Below, in pieces: positions 8,031-18,236 of a stretch of DNA of 61,291 nucleotides (its first letter is position 1; each line of letters opens with the position of its first letter). The notes beneath the pieces were generated by a model that did no database searches, had not been told where the DNA came from, and saw only the letters and a program-made list of their open reading frames with translations. The DNA comes from Candidatus Gottesmanbacteria bacterium (GTDB lineage: Bacteria; Patescibacteriota; Microgenomatia; UBA10105): NCBI GenBank assembly GCA_023245415.1, contig JAHFKJ010000005.1, positions 7,535-68,825 of the forward strand, read 5' to 3'. The translations under genes were made by a program, and so were the position numbers.

Positions 8031-9287
8031 TTATTTTGTCAATTCTTCGATTGCTTTCTCAAGCTGCAAATCAGCTGATCCGGTACTCGTTTTCACCTCA
8101 GTATCAGGCTTAATGCCTTTGCCATGAATCCATTCACCGCTGGGAAGTATCCAGCGTGCGGTAGTGATATGAATTCCGGATTTATCAGGCAAATCTTCAG
8201 GAGATTGAACCGTACCTTTCCCAAAAGACGTTTCACCAATTAGAACTGCGCGCTTATGATCTTTGAGTGCACCAGCGACAATTTCTGATGCTGAAGCACT
8301 ACCCTTGTTAATCAGAACGACAAGGGGTATATCTAGTAAATTTCCTTGACGGTTGACGTTAAATGTTTCTTTGGTTCCATCACTATTTTCCTGAAGTACC
8401 ACCACTCCGCTTCGGATAAATTCGGAAGCCACGTAGATTGCGCTCTGAAAATATCCGCCTGAGTTATTCCTTAAATCTAAAATGATTCCGGAAATTTTAG
8501 GCGAAGAGCGTATGTTTGACTTAACTTCATTTATACTTTGATTCCATTCGGTGTTGGTAGCATCACCGAATCTGGAGAGTTTGATATAACCAACATTGGG
8601 GCAATTTCGCAGCTTACAAGTTTCGCTTGTAGACTGTTTTACTTCATACTCGACACTTTTTATCGTAATTTTTTCCCGTGTTACTTCGATCTCTACTGCC
8701 GTTTGGGAATTTTCATGCATTATCGTCAACGTCACTTTGGTAAGGTTGGGTCCTCTGATTTTTGTGACTGCCTGAGGCACTGTCCAACCAGCAGTATCTT
8801 CGCCATTAACCTTGATAATCCAATCGCCAGGTCGTATCCCCATCTTTTCGGCTGGTTGACCTTTTAAAGGCGCAATGACGATAATTTTATCGTCTTTACT
8901 TCCCAATTGCGCTCCAATACCTTCAAATGATCCATTAAGATCATCTTTAAATCCAGCGTTATCTTTTGGCGGTAAAAATACCGTATACGGATCAGCGAGC
9001 GATGCTACCATACCTGAAACCGCGCCATAAACCATTTTTTGCGGATCCAGGGCTTTTTTATCCAAATAACGCTGCTCCAAACGATCCCAAACGTCCCAAA
9101 AAATGGAAAAATCAACTTCGCGATTTGCTGGAGGGGACGTTCTAGACACTGTAACAATTGGAGATGGAACTGATGCATCTTGAGAAACTGTAATAATTTT
9201 CTTTTGCCCGAATCTAAACCCAACATAACCTGCAAACAATATGAGACAAGCGGTAATGACGAGTCGACGGAATTTTTCAAGAGTCAT
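8031..9287 (-). CDS. S41A C-terminal processing protease
   Basis: DPYT, PDZ, DLRNNSGG, SASASEI, FGKGTVQ. Confidence 0.95.
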   Translation of the reverse strand: MTLEKFRRLVITACLILFAGYVGFRFGQKKIITVSQDASVPSPIVTVSRTSPPANREVDFSIFWDVWDRLEQRYLDKKALDPQKMVYGAVSGMVASLADPYTVFLPPKDNAGFKDDLNGSFEGIGAQLGSKDDKIIVIAPLKGQPAEKMGIRPGDWIIKVNGEDTAGWTVPQAVTKIRGPNLTKVTLTIMHENSQTAVEIEVTREKITIKSVEYEVKQSTSETCKLRNCPNVGYIKLSRFGDATNTEWNQSINEVKSNIRSSPKISGIILDLRNNSGGYFQSAIYVASEFIRSGVVVLQENSDGTKETFNVNRQGNLLDIPLVVLINKGSASASEIVAGALKDHKRAVLIGETSFGKGTVQSPEDLPDKSGIHITTARWILPSGEWIHGKGIKPDTEVKTSTGSADLQLEKAIEELTK

Positions 9288-9292
9288 ATGAA

Positions 9293-10036
9293 TTATTTTT
9301 TGCCGGGTAGATGATCTTCTTCTAAAACCAGGAGCTGCAGTTTGTCTCCATATAGAAGAGCTTGTTTTTTATTATGGGCATGAATTTTAGTTATATCAGA
9401 AACCAATAAATATGGCAATGAAAAGTTGGGTGAGTGCAGTACTTCACATACGATCGCCACCGCTCCCAATACATCAGCTTTCACGATGACATCACTTACT
9501 GCTTCTTTTACCACTAAAATTGCTCTGTCTAAATCTATCGGCATTGTCAGCGTAGAAATATTCTCTGTTACAACTTTGAGAATACCTGAGGCCAGCTTTC
9601 CTTTTCCCTGTATTCCCTCAATCATACAGCCCTGGACGCTAAAAACAATTTCCTCCTTATTCACTTCTTCAACTATTCCATCAAACCAGGCAGCTGTAGT
9701 TTTCTCATCCGTTTTTTCTTTGATACCCACAAGTCCCCTTAGGGCGTCCAAAATTATAAATTCTCCTGCAACCGGCGTTTTTACCAGTTGTGAGCTAAAA
9801 ACTCTTTTTTTTCTGGCAATTGCTTGTCCTTGTTTTACAGACTGGTTTTCTTTCACCAGAAGATATGATGTAATTTTTTGCCCAGGTATATCTAGTATTT
9901 TTGCTAAATCAAATTTATGAATACTTAGCGGATTAGAAACGATCAGCGGGTCACCGTATAGTATATGAAAACCTTTTTCCACAACTGGTTTTTCGTAAGT
10001 CTCAAGATGAATTGAAACGTGTGTTTTCTTATGCAT
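9293..10036 (-). CDS. Hypothetical protein with a barrel-sandwich-hybrid-like segment
   Basis: VKENQSVKQGQAIA...TPVAG resembles a lipoyl/biotinyl-like hybrid motif; co-oriented after rpsR. Confidence 0.6.
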   Translation of the reverse strand: MHKKTHVSIHLETYEKPVVEKGFHILYGDPLIVSNPLSIHKFDLAKILDIPGQKITSYLLVKENQSVKQGQAIARKKRVFSSQLVKTPVAGEFIILDALRGLVGIKEKTDEKTTAAWFDGIVEEVNKEEIVFSVQGCMIEGIQGKGKLASGILKVVTENISTLTMPIDLDRAILVVKEAVSDVIVKADVLGAVAIVCEVLHSPNFSLPYLLVSDITKIHAHNKKQALLYGDKLQLLVLEEDHLPGKK

Positions 10037-10054
10037 TGGCAGGTTAAATGAAAA

Positions 10055-10294
10055 TTAATTTGGTTTGAGCATAAACGGCATCAGAGCTAAATGCCGCGCA
10101 TGCTTGACGCTTGTCGTCAGATGGCGCTGATGTTTGCTGCACAGTCCGGTACGCATATGTGATAGAATTTTACCGCGCTCTGAAACGTAGGGTGTAAGAA
10201 ACTCTATTTCTTTATATGATGGCTGGGTATCATTTTTACAGAATGGACAATTTTTGGGTACATTTTTGATTCTTCTTGGCGATCTTGGTTTCAT
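10055..10294 (-). CDS. rpsR: 30S ribosomal protein S18
   Basis: CPFC, SERGKI, TGLCSKHQR, ARHLALMPF. Confidence 0.96.
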   Translation of the reverse strand: MKPRSPRRIKNVPKNCPFCKNDTQPSYKEIEFLTPYVSERGKILSHMRTGLCSKHQRHLTTSVKHARHLALMPFMLKPN

Positions 10295-10309
10295 AATATA
10301 CTCCTTAGA

Positions 10310-10837
10310 TTAGAATGGTATGTCGTCTGGATTTATATTTTCAGTTACAGTTTTTGTATCATCCGGTTTACTGACATGAACCACTTCTGCCGATGTGGTT
10401 GCGACGGCTGGGACATCTTGAGTCGGTGATACATTTGTAACAACAGACCTATTTAATACCCCTGCTACTCCTTCAGTAGGTTGGATGCCTGCATCAATGC
10501 GTTTTGAGTCTAAGATAATCATATCTTCAATGACAATCTCGGTAGTCGTGCGCTGTTGACCATCCTGGCCCTGCCAAGATCTGGTTTGGAGTCTACCCTC
10601 AACATATACTTTGCGTCCTTTTGCCAATAGCTGATTACACAGCTCTGCCAGCTTATTCCATGATACAACACGGTGAAATTCAGTTTCCTCTTTTTTCTCG
10701 CCGCTTTCGGTCGTCCATCCTCTGTTGGTAGCGAGTCCAAATGTACAGACTGCGGTCCCATTTGGTGTATAACGCAGTTCCGGGTCCCTGGTTAAATTGC
10801 CGATAAGTATGACTTTATTAAGTGACCTTGCCGACAT
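10310..10837 (-). CDS. ssb: Single-stranded DNA-binding protein
   Basis: LNKVILIGNLTRDPELRYT; C-terminal DDIPF. Confidence 0.98.
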   Translation of the reverse strand: MSARSLNKVILIGNLTRDPELRYTPNGTAVCTFGLATNRGWTTESGEKKEETEFHRVVSWNKLAELCNQLLAKGRKVYVEGRLQTRSWQGQDGQQRTTTEIVIEDMIILDSKRIDAGIQPTEGVAGVLNRSVVTNVSPTQDVPAVATTSAEVVHVSKPDDTKTVTENINPDDIPF

Positions 10838-10855
10838 AAAAACTTTAACGAGCAG

Positions 10856-11161
10856 CTAATTACTAGCTGCCTTTTTAACTTTCTTTTTTCGCGGATTTTT
10901 TATTTTAACAACTAAATGCCGCAGGATCGCTTGGTCAAGTTTAAATTTTTCGTTGAGACTATTAGGATTGGTTCCGGATAATGTAATCGAGATATATATC
11001 GCTTCTGTCTGCTTTTTTATAGGATAGGCAAGCACGCGTTTTACCCATCCTATTTCACTATCTACGTTAAGTCCTGCTTTTTGCAGCAATTGCGTAAGTT
11101 TTTCCGTAAATGCTTTTTGCTCGGTATCTTTATTGACTAAAACTACTAATTCATATTGCAT
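10856..11161 (-). CDS. rpsF: 30S ribosomal protein S6
   Basis: MQYEL, LAYPIKK, ILRHLVVK; rpsF-ssb-rpsR synteny. Confidence 0.93.
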   Translation of the reverse strand: MQYELVVLVNKDTEQKAFTEKLTQLLQKAGLNVDSEIGWVKRVLAYPIKKQTEAIYISITLSGTNPNSLNEKFKLDQAILRHLVVKIKNPRKKKVKKAASN

Positions 11162-11257
11162 AAATACTCAGTGATTATATCATGAAATTATCAACATTAC
11201 CAGAAATTTGATTTTTTACAGTGTTTAACATTATAATAGTTAAATTATTGTATACGT

Positions 11258-12022
11258 ATGGGATTTTTCATTGTTATTATTGTCATTATCTTAGTCATGA
11301 TTCCGATGGCTATTCGCATTGTCCAGGAGTATGACCGCGGAGTAGTTTTTTTCCTGGGCCGGTGCACCGGGATTCGCGGACCTGGACTCATACCTCTGAT
11401 TCCTTTTTTTGAACGCATGGTTCAAGTCAGTCTGCGAACTGTCACGATGGAGATTCCTTCCCAAAAAATTATTACCAAAGATAATGTCTCCATTGACATC
11501 GCGGCAGTAGCCTACTATCACATAGTGGATCCCAAAAAATCAGTTTTGGCGATTGAAAATATTTATGAAGCTGTCAATCAAATCAGCCAAACAACGGTTC
11601 GCAATGTAGTCGGACAATTTGTCCTGGATCAGTTACTTTCCAAAACAGCCGACATCAACACCCAAATCAAGAATGTGATCGACTTACACACTGAACCCTG
11701 GGGTGTACAAGTCACGGCAGTTGAGATCAAAGACATAACGCTACCTGACAATATGCAACGGGCAATGGCAAAAGAAGCGGAAGCCGAACGTGAACGCCGG
11801 GCCAAAATTGTCGCAGCCGAAGGAGAATTTCAAGCTGCTGTAAAACTCGGTGAAGCAGCCGACATTATCTCCAAACATCCAGTAGCACTGCAGTTGAGAA
11901 CTCTCCAGACTATGTCGGAAATAAGTACTGAAAAAAATTCCACCATTATATTTCCGGCTCAATTTATGAATACAGTATCCGACGCCATCAAAACACTCAG
12001 AGCTGATTCTTCAGTCAGATAA
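11258..12022 (+). CDS. SPFH/stomatin (slipin) family protein
   Basis: [42 protein letters not shown]. Confidence 0.95.
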   Translation: MGFFIVIIVIILVMIPMAIRIVQEYDRGVVFFLGRCTGIRGPGLIPLIPFFERMVQVSLRTVTMEIPSQKIITKDNVSIDIAAVAYYHIVDPKKSVLAIENIYEAVNQISQTTVRNVVGQFVLDQLLSKTADINTQIKNVIDLHTEPWGVQVTAVEIKDITLPDNMQRAMAKEAEAERERRAKIVAAEGEFQAAVKLGEAADIISKHPVALQLRTLQTMSEISTEKNSTIIFPAQFMNTVSDAIKTLRADSSVR

Positions 12023-12104
12023 TCTTTTTATATTATTTACATTAATTAGCAAAATCTCCTCTTGCCAGTTTCTAAGTAGTCCATTAAGATAAAATTAGGA
12101 TTAT

Positions 12105-14219
12105 ATGTTTTCAGGATTATTTTTAAGTTTCCCACTATTTTATGTCATTGGCTTGGTATGTTTTATCCGTTGGTTCATTTCACTTTTTAAGTCAACACCC
12201 AAGCCTGACCGTCAGACCATACTCAAAGCGCTGATTGCCGAACTTACAGCGTCGCAAAGTATTTATCCCGATAAAAAAATTCCTGAGCTTATTGAAGAGT
12301 ATAAACATGAATTAAATAAAGCTAACTCTAGCGCTGTAGCTTTATCTTCAACTGCCCAAAAAACCGATTTGTTACATCAAGACGTTTCAACACTTGCTTC
12401 AAACTGGTATACGGATAATTCAATAAATTTACTGCTGTATATTGGCGCTTTTTTGATAGTTGCATCTGCCTCTATCTTTGTTGGATTTCAATGGGAAACA
12501 ATTAGCGGTATCGACAAGGCGATGATCATCTCAGTTCTGACCGGATTGTGGTTTATATTTGGCATCTGGTTTTACGGTATCCCCAAAGTCCGTAGTGCCG
12601 GCCTCACCTTTATCGGAATTGGCGCTCTACTTATCCCATTTTCCGGATTTGCCTGGCATAATTTTGTACTAATAAACCTCGGAGTGAGTTTGGGAACATC
12701 CTGGTGTGTAACTTCAATTATCGGAGCTCTTGTATATATTTCACTTATCTGGGTAGTTAAAAAACCGTTTTTTGCCTATTTATTTAATTTTTCTTGTCTT
12801 TCGCTTGTATTTTCACTGATTGAGCTAAATCATCTGGTTACAAACTATTATATTCTGGGGTCTATATTCACCGCGCTTGTTATGCTTGGCGTGAGAATGT
12901 TTATTGATCAAAATTGGGCAGACGAAACTTTATATTCACAACCGCTGGAATATTCCGCCAATCTGCTATTACCAATAGCGCTTGGGTTTGGTTTAATAAC
13001 GCTGCTGTCCCAATCTCTTAATTTATTTTCGTTTGAAAATACAAGCGCTTTATTTTTAGCCAGTTTTTACTACGCGCTATATTTTTTTTATACGAAGAAA
13101 TCCGTCTATTTAGCTTTAAGTGAATCGCTCATAATAATCACCTTGATATTTTTCTTTAACTGGCAAGATTTAGCTACACAAACTAAGTTTTACGGCTTAG
13201 AACTGACGTCACTGGCACTTTTCTTCGGTGCATTCATACTAAAAAAACTCCATACGAAGGAATCTTCCGAAATAACAGTAACTCTTGCTCTTATATCCAG
13301 TGTATTCTGGTATGTTTTCGCGCAATTTCTAAATGTTGCGATTTCCGACGTCGTAATATTTGCTGCTATGGTAACAGGTCTTTCATTTTTAACCGCGATC
13401 TATCTGGAACATTCCCGAACTCGAATTTTAGGCATCCTGTTCGTATATATTCTGCTTAATCATATTTTGCAACTTGTAGATATCGACAGTATGTACCTAC
13501 CGATTGCGTTTACCACCCTTTCATATGTCTTTTACTCTATATCATTTTTATTTGACGCCAACGAACAAAAAGTCGCTAACATCTACAAAAATTCAGTGTA
13601 TATCGCATTAATTTTAACTCCCTTAATATTTGGATTTACGAGCAGGCTAAGTTATTCCAGTAAGTTTTATGAAATTTATGCACTACTTTCTGGTTACGGT
13701 AGTCTCGCGCTATTTGCGTTTGAAAGCTATTATCATAATAATGAAAAACTCCGATATTTTACCTCAGCGATTGCCATGTATATGTATGAATGGCAGATAT
13801 TTTATTGGAAATTTAGTGAACAACAATTTTATTCCTTGCCACTGGCACTTTATCTTTTGGTACTCGCCTTTTTGCGTTATCGCAAAGGTGATGAATCCAC
13901 ACGAAAATTGCTTGATTTAGCTGCTACACTTTGTTTAATTTTTCCGACATTAGGTCAGGCTTGGGAAGTAAATGGAGCTATCTACGCCTTAATTCTTGGA
14001 GCCGAAGGAGCTGTACTTGTACTACTGGGCAATTCTCTTGCCTATAAAGTGTATACGTTTGCCGGCACAGCTGCTATAATTCTAGCCGTAGTCTCACAAA
14101 CGTACAATTATATTCTATCCCTTCCCCGCTGGATAATTACCGGTATTGGCGGACTGGCATTTTTGATTTTGGCCGTATATCTTCTCGTCTACCGCAAAGA
14201 CCAAAACCCAAATTCCTAA
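12105..14219 (+). CDS. Large multi-pass membrane protein of unknown function
   Basis: About 20 hydrophobic segments; LLYIGAFLIVASA..F motif. Confidence 0.75.
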   Translation: MFSGLFLSFPLFYVIGLVCFIRWFISLFKSTPKPDRQTILKALIAELTASQSIYPDKKIPELIEEYKHELNKANSSAVALSSTAQKTDLLHQDVSTLASNWYTDNSINLLLYIGAFLIVASASIFVGFQWETISGIDKAMIISVLTGLWFIFGIWFYGIPKVRSAGLTFIGIGALLIPFSGFAWHNFVLINLGVSLGTSWCVTSIIGALVYISLIWVVKKPFFAYLFNFSCLSLVFSLIELNHLVTNYYILGSIFTALVMLGVRMFIDQNWADETLYSQPLEYSANLLLPIALGFGLITLLSQSLNLFSFENTSALFLASFYYALYFFYTKKSVYLALSESLIIITLIFFFNWQDLATQTKFYGLELTSLALFFGAFILKKLHTKESSEITVTLALISSVFWYVFAQFLNVAISDVVIFAAMVTGLSFLTAIYLEHSRTRILGILFVYILLNHILQLVDIDSMYLPIAFTTLSYVFYSISFLFDANEQKVANIYKNSVYIALILTPLIFGFTSRLSYSSKFYEIYALLSGYGSLALFAFESYYHNNEKLRYFTSAIAMYMYEWQIFYWKFSEQQFYSLPLALYLLVLAFLRYRKGDESTRKLLDLAATLCLIFPTLGQAWEVNGAIYALILGAEGAVLVLLGNSLAYKVYTFAGTAAIILAVVSQTYNYILSLPRWIITGIGGLAFLILAVYLLVYRKDQNPNS

Positions 14220-14220
14220 T

Positions 14221-15378
14221 TTAACTACCAATCTTAAACTCCACCACTTCCCCATCCCTGATTACATATTCTTTACCTTCAAGGCGCAATTTTCCTAAGT
14301 TCCGCGCTTTATTCCAACCGCCTACTGCCACAAAATCTGCATAAGTAACAATTTCAGCTTTAATAAACTTTTTTTCAAAATCGGTGTGAATCACAGAGGC
14401 TGCCTGAGGAGCTTTGGTCCCATTTGTAATCGTCCAGGCGCGGGCTTCCAACTCACCTCCGGTTAAAAAAGATACTAATCCAAGTCTGGCATAAGCTTTT
14501 TGAATAAGCCGATCTAAACCAGTTTTTTCTAATCCAAGCGATTTCAGGTACTCTAACTGCTCCGTTTCAGTTAACTCAGCAAGTTCGGACTCAATTTTTG
14601 CTGAAACAAGCAAAATATCGCTTTCTTTTATGTGTTGATCTGTTTCGCCAAATTGCGGTTTAGTTAATTTGAAAATTAGTTGATTAGTTGAATTTTGCAA
14701 TTGGTCTTCTCCTACATTTACTACATAGAGAGCCGGTTTCATTGTAAGTAAATGAAGATCTGCCGCACATATTTTATCCGTCTCATCCACAAGAATTTCA
14801 CGTGCTTTTTTACCCCTCTCAAGTTGTTGTTTAAGTAATTTAATTAACTCCCATTTTTTTAAGGCTTCTTTTTCAATCTTACCGCGCGGTTCTATTTGTT
14901 TTTCCAATGTTTGTAAATCCGCAAGCATCAGCTCCGTATCCAATATTTCCAAGTCTTTAATTGGGTTGATGTCTCCAGAGACGTGAACTACGTCAGAATC
15001 CTGAAACTGGCGCAGTACATAGCAAATAAGGTCTACTTCTCTGATATGGGCTAAGAATTTATTACCCAATCCTTCTCCCTGCGCGGCACCAGCTACAAGA
15101 CCTGCGATATCCACAAATTTTACTGTGGCGGGAACAATCGGCGGCAGTTTTATACCGCCGTCCTGAGCTTCGCGAAGAGAAGCGTGAGGATTCCCCCCAC
15201 CAATAATAATCGCTATTTTTTCAAGCCGCTCATCTGGCACCGGCACAACTCCTACATTAGGCTCAATCGTCGCAAACGGAAAATTCGCTACAAATGCTAC
15301 TTGCTTTTTTAGAAGAGCGTTAAAAAGCGTCGACTTGCCGGCGTTCGGAAGCCCAACAATCCCAACCGATAAATTCAT
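14221..15378 (-). CDS. ychF: Redox-regulated ATPase YchF
   Basis: [40 protein letters not shown] domain. Confidence 0.98.
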   Translation of the reverse strand: MNLSVGIVGLPNAGKSTLFNALLKKQVAFVANFPFATIEPNVGVVPVPDERLEKIAIIIGGGNPHASLREAQDGGIKLPPIVPATVKFVDIAGLVAGAAQGEGLGNKFLAHIREVDLICYVLRQFQDSDVVHVSGDINPIKDLEILDTELMLADLQTLEKQIEPRGKIEKEALKKWELIKLLKQQLERGKKAREILVDETDKICAADLHLLTMKPALYVVNVGEDQLQNSTNQLIFKLTKPQFGETDQHIKESDILLVSAKIESELAELTETEQLEYLKSLGLEKTGLDRLIQKAYARLGLVSFLTGGELEARAWTITNGTKAPQAASVIHTDFEKKFIKAEIVTYADFVAVGGWNKARNLGKLRLEGKEYVIRDGEVVEFKIGS

Positions 15379-15450
15379 AATGGTAATTGTATCATGAACA
15401 TGTAGATGAACATGTATAGTCTAGAAGGATTGTTAAAACAATCTAATTCT

Positions 15451-15480
15451 ATGCAAAGCTAAGCTTTGCATAGCTTTGCA
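15451..15480. repeat. Palindrome GCAAAGCTAAGCTTTGC (family C)
   Basis: The 18-mer ATGCAAAGCTAAGCTTTG also occurs at 17738-17755. Confidence 0.7.
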
Positions 15481-15532
15481 TAGACGTTTACATGAGATTA
15501 CTAGACTATTCAGCTATAATGATTTAACACAT

Positions 15533-16462
15533 ATGACCAATGATGTTATAGAAGTACGTAATCTGGTAAAAGATTATGGCTCTTTTCGGGCAGTAGACGA
15601 CATAACTTTTACCGTACCAAAGGGTAAAATTGTCGGATTTTTAGGTCCCAATGGTGCTGGCAAAACCACAACCATTCATATACTCCTAGGAATTACGACC
15701 GCGACAGCCGGCCATATTTCATTTTTCGGCAAAGACTTTAATCACCATAAGCAACACATATTAGCCCGCATTAATTTCGCATCAGCATTCAACACCCTAC
15801 AAGGACGCATCTCGGTATGGGAAAATCTAGTAGTATTTTCACACATCTATGAAGTAAAAGGCTATAAAAAGAAAATCACCGATTTAATTGACTATTTCGA
15901 AGTTTCTAATATGCTTAACTCACTATATCACGATTTATCCGCAGGACAAAAAACGCGCGTAAATCTTATTAAGTCGCTCTTAAATGATCCGGAAATCCTC
16001 CTGATGGATGAACCCACTGCCTCACTTGATCCAGATATCGCCGATAAAACCTTGACACTCATTGAGCAACTCAAAAAAGATCGCAACCTGACACTTTTGT
16101 ATACAAGTCACAACATGAGTGAAATTACGCGAATTTGCGATGAAGTCATATTTCTAGATCACGGCAAAATCGTGGCCCACGATACACCTCTTGGACTAAC
16201 CAAAAGAATCCGCTCCGCCCAACTACGTCTCATATTTAATGACGATAAAAAAATACTTGAAGACTACTTAACTCAAGAAAATCTGCAATTTACATTTGAA
16301 GATGAACACACAGTAACGATAAAAACAGAAGAAGAACTGATTCCCAAACTCATTTTTAGCATCAGTAAAACAGGCATTTGGATGACAGACATCGAAGTCA
16401 AAAAGCCTACCCTAGAAGACGTATTTTTACAAATTGCCCGAGGAGATGTCCATGAATCTTAA
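15533..16462 (+). CDS. ABC-2 exporter ATP-binding protein
   Basis: GPNGAGKTT, LSAGQ, LLMDEPT, H-loop. Confidence 0.95.
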   Translation: MTNDVIEVRNLVKDYGSFRAVDDITFTVPKGKIVGFLGPNGAGKTTTIHILLGITTATAGHISFFGKDFNHHKQHILARINFASAFNTLQGRISVWENLVVFSHIYEVKGYKKKITDLIDYFEVSNMLNSLYHDLSAGQKTRVNLIKSLLNDPEILLMDEPTASLDPDIADKTLTLIEQLKKDRNLTLLYTSHNMSEITRICDEVIFLDHGKIVAHDTPLGLTKRIRSAQLRLIFNDDKKILEDYLTQENLQFTFEDEHTVTIKTEEELIPKLIFSISKTGIWMTDIEVKKPTLEDVFLQIARGDVHES

Positions 16463-17243
16463 TCGCATCAAAGGCATACTTATACAAGAGTTTTTTATTA
16501 CACTTCGTTCATTCGAGGTCATTTCGGATATCATCATATTCCCTGGTACAACACTTATTCTATTCGGTCTGCTCGCGACCTATTTGGCCGGAATAACAAA
16601 TATAACTGTGGCGTACTCTTTACTTATGGGCATGCTGCTGTGGCATATTATTACTATCGTTCAATACTCTATTTCAGTAGGAAGCCTATGGAATATTTGG
16701 TCACGTAACTTAAGCAATATGCTTATCACTCCTATCTCACTATTTGAATATATTTGTGCTTATACATTTTCCGGAATTCTTAAGGCAATCATAATGATTA
16801 CCTCATCCGCATTTCTGATCAAGATTGTTTTTCATTTCAATATTTTTGACCTGGGCATTGCAAATTTAGGACTCTATACATTTAATTTAATCCTGTTTGC
16901 AATCTCTTTTGGCATGGTCATGCTCGGCCTCATCTTTCGCTATGGTACTCGGATTCAAGCATTTGCCTGGGGAATTTTACCTATCGTTCAACCATTAACT
17001 TCAGTTCTCTATCCTGTAAGCGTATTACCAGGCCCTTTGCAAACTATCGCTTACTTAATGCCACCGACATATGTCTTTGAAGCATTGCGTGCAAATGTTC
17101 TAAATCCCCATATTATCCAGTGGAATTTGTTTACTATTTCACTTGGCGAGAATATTATTTATTTTGCATTAGCTACTTGGTTTTTTATCGCGATGTTTAA
17201 TCAGTCCAAAAATTTAGGCCAATTTGCTCGACTGGAAGGATAA
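16452..17243 (+). CDS. ABC-2 exporter permease
   Basis: 6 TM, YPVSVLP..LQ motif; AGGAG at 16441; overlaps the ATPase stop. Confidence 0.92.
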   Translation: MNLNRIKGILIQEFFITLRSFEVISDIIIFPGTTLILFGLLATYLAGITNITVAYSLLMGMLLWHIITIVQYSISVGSLWNIWSRNLSNMLITPISLFEYICAYTFSGILKAIIMITSSAFLIKIVFHFNIFDLGIANLGLYTFNLILFAISFGMVMLGLIFRYGTRIQAFAWGILPIVQPLTSVLYPVSVLPGPLQTIAYLMPPTYVFEALRANVLNPHIIQWNLFTISLGENIIYFALATWFFIAMFNQSKNLGQFARLEG

Positions 17244-17737
17244 CTTAAGCGATGACATTGAAGAATCAAACTTTATGCTGCCATTTTGCGTAAAGATTTA
17301 ACCCCTAACAATACTGGAAATACGACAAATCCCTCTATAATGATAAATCCGATAAATATCATGCGATCGGTAAATTCGTCCAAAATGATTTTCCAGCATA
17401 AATCCTAAACAGAAAAAAAGTGCTGATTCACTAATAATCATCAGTAATCCCGGTACAAAAATCTGTACAATTTGTCTGTATGGCAACATCGTCGTGTTTT
17501 CTAATTTTTTTAAGTAGAGGCACGTATAATATCACATACAAAACACACTACAACACACCAAGTAACATCCATAACTGCTGACGGAATGTATTTTTTTGGA
17601 TGACACGCGAATAATAGGCGTATTCTTGCAAGAATATATTTACGCTTCTATTCCAGCAGACAAATGTGAACATTGAGTTGGATAATTTACGGAATATAAT
17701 GATGCCTTAATTTTCGTTGTCAAATCAACTTAAATCA

Positions 17738-17770
17738 ATGCAAAGCTAAGCTTTGAGTTAAAGCTTTGAG
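17738..17770. repeat. Palindrome family C copy
   Basis: ATGCAAAGCTAAGCTTTGAGTTAAAGCTTTGAG. Confidence 0.7.
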
Positions 17771-18163
17771 TTACCGCCGTAGATTTGTCACACACGCTCC
17801 ACCTAAAGTTCCTGCTGCTGCATACATCCCAGAATGCGTAAAGACTGGCTGATGTGTCAACTGAGTCAGTATTAATCCCAAAGCAGCTTCACCGCCTAGA
17901 GCACATATTACCAATCGCGGGTTTCTCGCTATTTTGGCACCTACCCATACTCCTGCAGTAAAACAAAGTGTTATAAAAATAATGTCTTCAGAACCAATTC
18001 CACTTTGCGCAAAAAAAGCTGCAGGAATCGCTTGTGCAAAAAAACTATCCAACGAGAATCCTTGACTTATTAAAGGTTCAGTTACATTTATCGGTATAGA
18101 TCCTATAGCTTCATGTCTGGCCGGAGAATTCATTCCCAGTCTCATATGGAAATTATTTATCAC
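17771..18163 (-). CDS. Hypothetical membrane protein
   Basis: 130-aa ORF with about 3 hydrophobic segments. Confidence 0.55.
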   Translation of the reverse strand: MINNFHMRLGMNSPARHEAIGSIPINVTEPLISQGFSLDSFFAQAIPAAFFAQSGIGSEDIIFITLCFTAGVWVGAKIARNPRLVICALGGEAALGLILTQLTHQPVFTHSGMYAAAGTLGGACVTNLRR

Positions 18164-18236
18164 AAATTAGACTTTAACGCAAAATTTTCTGCAAATTTAT
18201 CTTGTCTTTGTATCGCTAACCAGCTAAAGTATATAT

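Noticed and set aside
17298..17489. 63-aa ORF as a real gene
   Set aside because: No motif; probably a fragment of a degraded membrane-protein gene
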